Positions 59,301 through 64,000 of a stretch of DNA of 64,000 bases are shown here, in pieces. Both the position numbers and the translations under genes were made by a program. Location: the IMG/VR virus record IMGVR_UViG_3300043673_000060; one strand, 5' to 3'. Under the pieces are notes generated by a model. The model saw nothing but the letters and a program-made list of their open reading frames with translations. It did no database searches and was not told the origin of the DNA. Each line of letters begins with the position of its first letter. The first letter of the stretch is position 1. This DNA comes from an uncultured virus (IMG/VR IMGVR_UViG_3300043673_000060) (lineage: Duplodnaviria; Heunggongvirae; Uroviricota; Caudoviricetes).

Positions 59301-60336
59301 CGTCCTGAGCTTCGGCGCCGACGCGATCGTCGGCCTCGTGAACGCCGAGCCGGCCGCGGTCTGGTACGGCGTGCGTGCGGAGGTGCAGGGCGACGAGATG
59401 CAGATGGCGGCGGAAGAAGCGACGCAGCCGCTGCAGTCGCGCGAGGTCGCCAACGAGGACGGCAAGCCCGGCGTCAAGAAGGGCGACACCATCCTGCAGT
59501 TCCCCGGCCTGAAGGCACGTAAAGGCCTTCCCTTCCAGGTCCGACCTCGTGGCCAACGCTTCCAGTGGACGCCCGAGAAGCCGCAGGGCCTCACGGCGTT
59601 CCCCGAGGTCAAGAAGGTGCTTATGCGACAGCGAGAGGGCGTGCCGTCGCTGGAGAGCATCCGCATGGCCGCCATCTTCGCGGGCCTGACGGTGCACGCC
59701 GCCACCAGCGAGGCCGAGGACACGTTCGGTCGCGTGGTCGCCAAGTACAAAGCCATGCACGGCGCGATGCCGCCGGTCGAGGAGATCGCGCAAATCATCG
59801 GCACGCACCTGCCGGCCGCTCGGCTGCGCATGTACGAAACGGTCCTGCCGTGGGCCGTCCTCGTGCAGGACGCCATGAAGCGAGGCTTGCGAGACCGCGA
59901 GCTGCGTCGGCACATCTGGGTCGACGTCGTCGAGGACCAGGTCGAGAACATCGGGCTCGCGAAGATGAGTTTCGCCATGATGCTCATGGGCCAAAACGTG
60001 TGCTGCTTGGATACGTGGATGCTGGGCTACATGTTCGCCAAGGACCCAAGCGACGCCGATGACAGGCGTCCGACCGCGGATCGCATCAGCGGCTTGTGGA
60101 AGTGGTCGCCCGCGAAGAAGGGCCGCGAGACGGCGCTGAAGCGCTATGAGCAGGTCGAGGACGCGCTGGTGAAGGGCAACCCGTTCTTCGAAGCCGGTCC
60201 GATCTCGTACGCGCAGACGCAGTGGACGAGCTGGCAGTGGGCCCTTGGTATCCCGGTCGACCATCGACCGTGGCTGGAAATCACCAAGGAGATCCATGCG
60301 CAGGCCGAGTTCCCGAGGCCCGAAACGCCGTTCTAG
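56386..60336 (+). CDS. Modular polyvalent protein 1: kinase - zincin - ART-like - ART-like - small module X - HhH-glycosylase-like
   Basis: GSGSFG/VVKLT/DVHGGN/FDIG; LLHEYAH...HEVRAR; WYHLT..GIYL..GEIF; WYHGSP..TFLT..GYDAF; GLAKMSF..CCLD. Confidence 0.8.
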   Translation: MPLSSAKFFASKFLTDVETGEKDIDTPAEYLRDPRATVIASALRALDVHEVRILGSGSFGTAAVYDGRNVVKLTSDETEVMAGAVLKDVADLPHVARIYGSWFVQGDNLTVERWDGDGRERVGVLLQEKLKLATDFEARPVTEAWLAVRAEYGVHPNRLAAMPPGDAREVLYAASVALEASLRGMRLDIATHMARALAELRGVGVYAIDVHGGNIGVSRDGVFKLFDIGSSSSPAHVEAPELQGEAAEGAKGVRRRVSGTPAMVVEGVKVGEVGGGGGAAEDVIRVDHTMIEAAAKRTAGQFAHHLLGVDLEGDPARYFFERADNRRKTPDGVIVIGSPRIEFGYFTPFTVPEEERTVRGRDRIERIFVHPVLVWDPENKELVLGGGTHGLNVAGTASIWVRVNAASPDAVELRDHPDRFVKRFATLLLHEYAHVRDYIRPEDVIDPEKHRYEPGGGYDAFVAYYNSSHEVRARMSQVVYEVLTVLQHDALGPKLRHYAELQRDNPNGYLVDAALARSKTWRRGEYIWTPENKARILRTVYRALEREGLLVEQRRPRLPRTRRSMAAEGDAIPSTWYHLTDRARFKLDPKFAPSDNALAIEDRSGQPGIYLGQSVESWVNGYGYWRPFVVEIKVDPSVVNDPGVHGRYGGEIFVPASSFDKLTIERVIPIDAYAREEYGEPGWIESALGVEFDTGAPVEKTYRGYRYAGHDVRTMPADEVAKLKKQMRQAKPRGGAREDFESRADVCDDARVWYHGSPTKFDAFQVRVGAPFGGDPMAVPTFLTCELATARAHAGPNGFVYTVKPTPKRIFRGQDLFLAEWPKWWPPQPDEMSSIGARLYEDLEAGRVFDDVHGEEADDALRAIARGHYDIMETGQMKQWLLYHGYDAFVVREAPRAPVSLAVLDPSRLKIVSVETYDEAWARRREVAEAPRVDDAAPLPFALVRHGDDLVPVLLGDAGSDELVGIDVVNNRVLSFGADAIVGLVNAEPAAVWYGVRAEVQGDEMQMAAEEATQPLQSREVANEDGKPGVKKGDTILQFPGLKARKGLPFQVRPRGQRFQWTPEKPQGLTAFPEVKKVLMRQREGVPSLESIRMAAIFAGLTVHAATSEAEDTFGRVVAKYKAMHGAMPPVEEIAQIIGTHLPAARLRMYETVLPWAVLVQDAMKRGLRDRELRRHIWVDVVEDQVENIGLAKMSFAMMLMGQNVCCLDTWMLGYMFAKDPSDADDRRPTADRISGLWKWSPAKKGRETALKRYEQVEDALVKGNPFFEAGPISYAQTQWTSWQWALGIPVDHRPWLEITKEIHAQAEFPRPETPF

Positions 60337-60811
60337 GTGTGGACGCGGACGCGCGATAGGCTCGGTGAAGCGATGACCTGGCTCGCTCTTGCTTTCGCCC
60401 TCCAGCACGCCGACGCCCAGCAACAGCAAGCGGGCTCGCAGTCGATGTCGTCGACCTGGCTCTCAACCGGGAGCCTCGTCCGCCGCGACTGGCACCTCGG
60501 CGTACGTCCGGGGATCGAACTGGACCCCGAGGGCGGCCTGAACTGGGGTCTCGGCCTGACCCTTCAGATCACTACTGACGCGCCCTTCCGCGTACTCAGC
60601 GAAAGTTAGCAATGAGGCTCTTGTTCACTTCCGCAGCGCGCGCACACCCTCCTGCGGCTGCCCGTAGGGGATCGGGGACGAACGCGAGGGCGTCCTCCAC
60701 CGTCTTCACGAGACGGCCTGAGCAGGTCGGCAAACAATACTATTTGTCGCAAAAGTATCGCACCTACAGTTCTGCGCTACTCAGCTACCAGAACTAGGTA
60801 CGCTCGCGGAC

Positions 60812-61057
60812 ATGGGGTACCTGCGGCGGCTTCTTGCCAGGCTGGGTGTTCGTCATGCACCATCGCGCCGCGGTGAGGCGATGATCGAAGAGCGTCCGAG
60901 CGAGCCGAGGTGCTTCCGTCACGATGAATTCGAGAGCGACCCCTCGCTCGTTATGCGTCGCGCGGAGCAGGACGGCTCGGCCCTCATCACCGACGACAAC
61001 GGCAGGCCGAGGATGAGGATCGGCGCCCCGATCGAGCGGCCCCTGGTCGTCGACTAG
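60812..61057 (+). CDS. Phd/YefM-like small protein
   Basis: EFESDPSLVMRRAEQDGSALITDDNGRPRMRI; may start at ATG 60881. Confidence 0.5.
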   Translation: MGYLRRLLARLGVRHAPSRRGEAMIEERPSEPRCFRHDEFESDPSLVMRRAEQDGSALITDDNGRPRMRIGAPIERPLVVD

Positions 61058-61075
61058 CTCGTTCCAGGCCGGGGC

Positions 61076-61327
61076 CTACCGACTCGCCCTGCTTCCGTGG
61101 TCCGCCAGCGGACCCTGCACGGCGAACGGCTTGACGCTCGTCACCGACACGGCCACGAGCTTGCCGGCTCGGTGCTTGTACAGCACGTCGCCGACCTTGA
61201 AGCCGTCGAGATTCTCGTGCGGCGTACCATTCTTGGCGTAGTAGCCCGTGGGGCTCGGCTTGGTGACCGAGGGGGCGGCCTTGGGGATGGGCTGGCGACG
61301 GCGGGAACGGACACTGGGGATGGGCAT
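61076..61327 (-). CDS. Hypothetical protein
   Basis: 83 aa with FKVGDVL beta-barrel-like segment. Confidence 0.4.
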   Translation of the reverse strand: MPIPSVRSRRRQPIPKAAPSVTKPSPTGYYAKNGTPHENLDGFKVGDVLYKHRAGKLVAVSVTSVKPFAVQGPLADHGSRASR

Positions 61328-61563
61328 GTGGATCCGGTAGCGGGGGGCTGCCCAGGGCGCAAGGGCGATGGTAGGCTCGGCGGCGTGGATCTGCTCGACC
61401 GCATGCTCGAAGCCTTCCGGCGCCTGGATTGCGTGACCGTGTGCCAGACCTGCGTAAAGCGCGGCGAAGAGGTGGTCAGCCGAGGGTTTTTCGGGGATCT
61501 GGGGCTCTGCGGACGCTGCCGGAGACCTGCGACGAGCCAGGATGCGGCGTTCTGGGTGCGCGC

Positions 61564-63909
61564 ATGAGCCTCCCCGTCGTTCTCGTGCGCTCCGGTGCCG
61601 ACGTCGTTCCGGTCATCCTGGGCCGGCGGGACAATGAGCTGGCTGGTTACAGCGTCGCTACCGGCCATGTGGTGCCCGTCGACATCGGCATGGTCATCGG
61701 CGCCGTCAACGCGGACCCGGCGGCCGTGTACTGGGGCATGGACCTGGTCGAAGAAGAGCGCGAGCAGCGGGCGGCGGCGGAGGCGGACCGTAGGACGCCC
61801 GAGCGGGTGTCCACTGAGACATATCGGACGTGGCGGATCGAATCGAGACCGTACTCGCATCGTGGCGAGCGCATGTACGAGGCAGGCATCTTCGGTAACG
61901 ACGGGCTTGCGGACGTCGCTCACGGGAAGACTCGCTCGGCGGCTGTCGCGAACGCGCGAGCCATGATCGACCGACACGTGAGCCACGACCGGCTATTGCA
62001 CAATCTTGGTCTGGACGCCGATGCATGGCGAGGCGCCCGCGAAGACCGCTCCACCCCGCTCGCCATCTTCGCCGCCTCTTTCCTCGCCAATGTCGAAGGC
62101 AGCGGCAACCCGCGCCAGTTCCGCAACGATCCGCGCGTGCCGAAGATCGTCGAGGCCCTCGAAACGCTCGGCGTGGGCGAGATCGGCGAGATCCTGGGCT
62201 CGGGAACGTTCGGTACGGCCGCTATCCTCGACGACGACCACGTCGTCAAGATCACCAGCGACCCAAGCGAGGTCCAGGCGGGTCACGTGCTGACGGGCAA
62301 GAAGCTGCGCCACGTCGCGCGCGTCGACGGCGCATGGTTCGTCAAGGGCGTTCGCGCCAAGACGCTCATCGGCAAGATTGACGGCAAGGAGATCCGGCGG
62401 CGTTACCCCACCGGGATCCTCGTCGTCGAGCGCGTGAACGGCCTGGGCGGCAAGGAAACGGAAGACCTTTCGGACCTCGTGAACGACTTCAAGAAGTCCA
62501 ACCGTGTCTACCCGGACCAGCTGGCGAAGCTTTCGCATGCGGACCAGCGCGATCGGCTGCGCAGGGCGTCGCTACGGCTGCAGGACGAACTGGAAGAGAC
62601 GTCGGAGCTGCTGCGTACGGAGCGACGAAGCGACGAAGCGGACCTCGCCGATGGCGTTGCTGGCGCGCTGGACGAGCTTCGTGGGCACGGCGTGTACGCG
62701 ATCGACGTCCACGGCGGCAACGTCGGCTACGTGGAGAGCGAAGGCGGCAAGCGCACGTACAAGGTCTTCGACATAGGCTCGTCGAGTCCGCCCGCGCGGC
62801 CGAAAGCGCAGCCTGTCGACGACGACAGCGCGATGGATCTGGAAGATGCGGGCATACAGCTGGCCTTCTCGGGGATGCTGAGCGAGGCATCGGAGGCGGC
62901 GGGATGGATTGGTGGCGGCGCGGACGAGATGGAGGTGGTGGACGCGGGGGCGGAGGAAACGGATGACGAGCAGGGCTGGGCGCTGGTGAACGAGGATGGG
63001 CAGGCGGTCAACGACGAGCGCTTTGCCACGGATTCGGACGCGTACATGAGCGCGCGCGTCACGTATCGCGGCCCGCGCCGCACTGCCGACGGCAGGCCCA
63101 TGCTGATCGGGCGCACGGTGTGGGTGTCTCAGGTCGACGCGGCCGGAGCTGCTGTCTCGTGGCTCGAAAGCGGCGCGCGCGAGGCTCCGACGACCGCGCT
63201 CGGCATCCGCTTCACCCCCATCGAGAGCGGCGCCTTCGGCGGCGAGTTCCTGACTGGCTTCACCGAAGTCCGTCCGCAGCTCATGAAGCACCGCGAGCAG
63301 ACACCGAGCGTCGAGACAATCATTTTGAGCACCGTTTTCGCTGGCCTGACGGTCCACACGCAGATCGCCACGGCCGAGAAGTCGTTCAAGTGTGTCACGA
63401 ACCGCTTGCGCGGCGGGCGCATGCCGACGCTCGCGGACATCGACGACTGCCTGGTGCCGCTTGGGCTCATCAAGAGCCGTCGAGCGATGTACGAGTCGGC
63501 CGGGACATGGGCGCCGCTCGTGCAGGAGGCCATGAAGAGCGGCCTACGGGACCGGGCGTTGCGGCGCCACCTGTACCTGACGACGGAAACGCCGCACGAC
63601 ATCGCGCTGGCGAAGCTCAGCTTCGTGCTGGCGCTGTTGGGCCAGGACGTTTGCTGCCTAGACGCCCGCATCCTCAACCGCATGTACGAGCGCGAGGAGG
63701 CCAACCGGCTCGCGCACGAGTTCGGCAGGCCGCCGAGCGAGCGCATGCTGGCCAGGTACGAGGCGACAGAGGACGCGTTTCTCGATCACAACGCCTTTTT
63801 CAGACCGAGCGATCCGCTTGGGAGGGCGCGGGCGCAGTGGAATTCGTGGGAGGCTGTTGGCGGCAAGCCTGCGAATCACGCCGTGTGGCTCGGGGTCGTG
63901 AGCGGCTGA
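61564..63909 (+). CDS. Modular polyvalent protein 2: module X - unknown - kinase - unknown - HhH-glycosylase-like
   Basis: GSGTFG/VVKIT/DVHGGN/FDIG; ALAKLSF..CCLD; paralogous to 56386-60336; ATG at 61564. Confidence 0.8.
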   Translation: MSLPVVLVRSGADVVPVILGRRDNELAGYSVATGHVVPVDIGMVIGAVNADPAAVYWGMDLVEEEREQRAAAEADRRTPERVSTETYRTWRIESRPYSHRGERMYEAGIFGNDGLADVAHGKTRSAAVANARAMIDRHVSHDRLLHNLGLDADAWRGAREDRSTPLAIFAASFLANVEGSGNPRQFRNDPRVPKIVEALETLGVGEIGEILGSGTFGTAAILDDDHVVKITSDPSEVQAGHVLTGKKLRHVARVDGAWFVKGVRAKTLIGKIDGKEIRRRYPTGILVVERVNGLGGKETEDLSDLVNDFKKSNRVYPDQLAKLSHADQRDRLRRASLRLQDELEETSELLRTERRSDEADLADGVAGALDELRGHGVYAIDVHGGNVGYVESEGGKRTYKVFDIGSSSPPARPKAQPVDDDSAMDLEDAGIQLAFSGMLSEASEAAGWIGGGADEMEVVDAGAEETDDEQGWALVNEDGQAVNDERFATDSDAYMSARVTYRGPRRTADGRPMLIGRTVWVSQVDAAGAAVSWLESGAREAPTTALGIRFTPIESGAFGGEFLTGFTEVRPQLMKHREQTPSVETIILSTVFAGLTVHTQIATAEKSFKCVTNRLRGGRMPTLADIDDCLVPLGLIKSRRAMYESAGTWAPLVQEAMKSGLRDRALRRHLYLTTETPHDIALAKLSFVLALLGQDVCCLDARILNRMYEREEANRLAHEFGRPPSERMLARYEATEDAFLDHNAFFRPSDPLGRARAQWNSWEAVGGKPANHAVWLGVVSG

Positions 63910-64000
63910 CGCCACGATCCTCTACCGGCGTCGCCTCGTCTCCACCGCTTGCCAGGTGGAGCTTCGTTTCACCCACCCTGCTCGGAATCCGCACGCAGGC

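Noticed and set aside
56761..60429. Long minus-strand ORFs (629, 565 and 332 aa) opposite polyprotein 1
   Set aside because: Typical stop-poor antisense frames of GC-rich coding DNA with no recognisable motifs

Overview
GC-rich window that reads as part of a large bacteriophage or prophage-like element. A myxobacterial (Polyangiaceae-like) host is a guess from GC content and the DAG/DGG-rich linkers in the secreted proteins. No terminase, portal, major capsid, rRNA, tRNA or CRISPR array was recognised. Layout: (1) 0.3-13.4 kb, a replication module with a lambda-O-like initiator carrying an internal iteron array, a CHC2-Toprim primase, a DnaB helicase with a LAGLIDADG intein, and many small ORFs; (2) 13.4-17.5 kb, an MT-A70 methyltransferase gene broken by a truncated IS1-family element carrying a single-chain restriction-modification gene; (3) 17.8-25.5 kb, small membrane proteins and four candidate peptidoglycan hydrolases; (4) 25.5-48.7 kb, two divergent arms of small early-type genes around twin promoters at 34.3-34.4 kb, including a MoxR/RavA AAA plus VWA pair, a GHKL-HExxH protein, three tandem-repeat proteins, a J-domain protein and an Mrr-like nuclease with inserted TM helices; (5) a tyrosine recombinase; (6) 50-56.3 kb, four spike/fibre-like genes; (7) 56.4-63.9 kb, two paralogous modular proteins (kinase, zincin, ART-like, HhH-glycosylase-like modules) with shuffled module order and junctions marked by an A-x-E type motif. 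These two proteins are the best candidate for an undescribed system: a protease-processed effector polyprotein. All family calls come from motifs read by eye, not from database searches.
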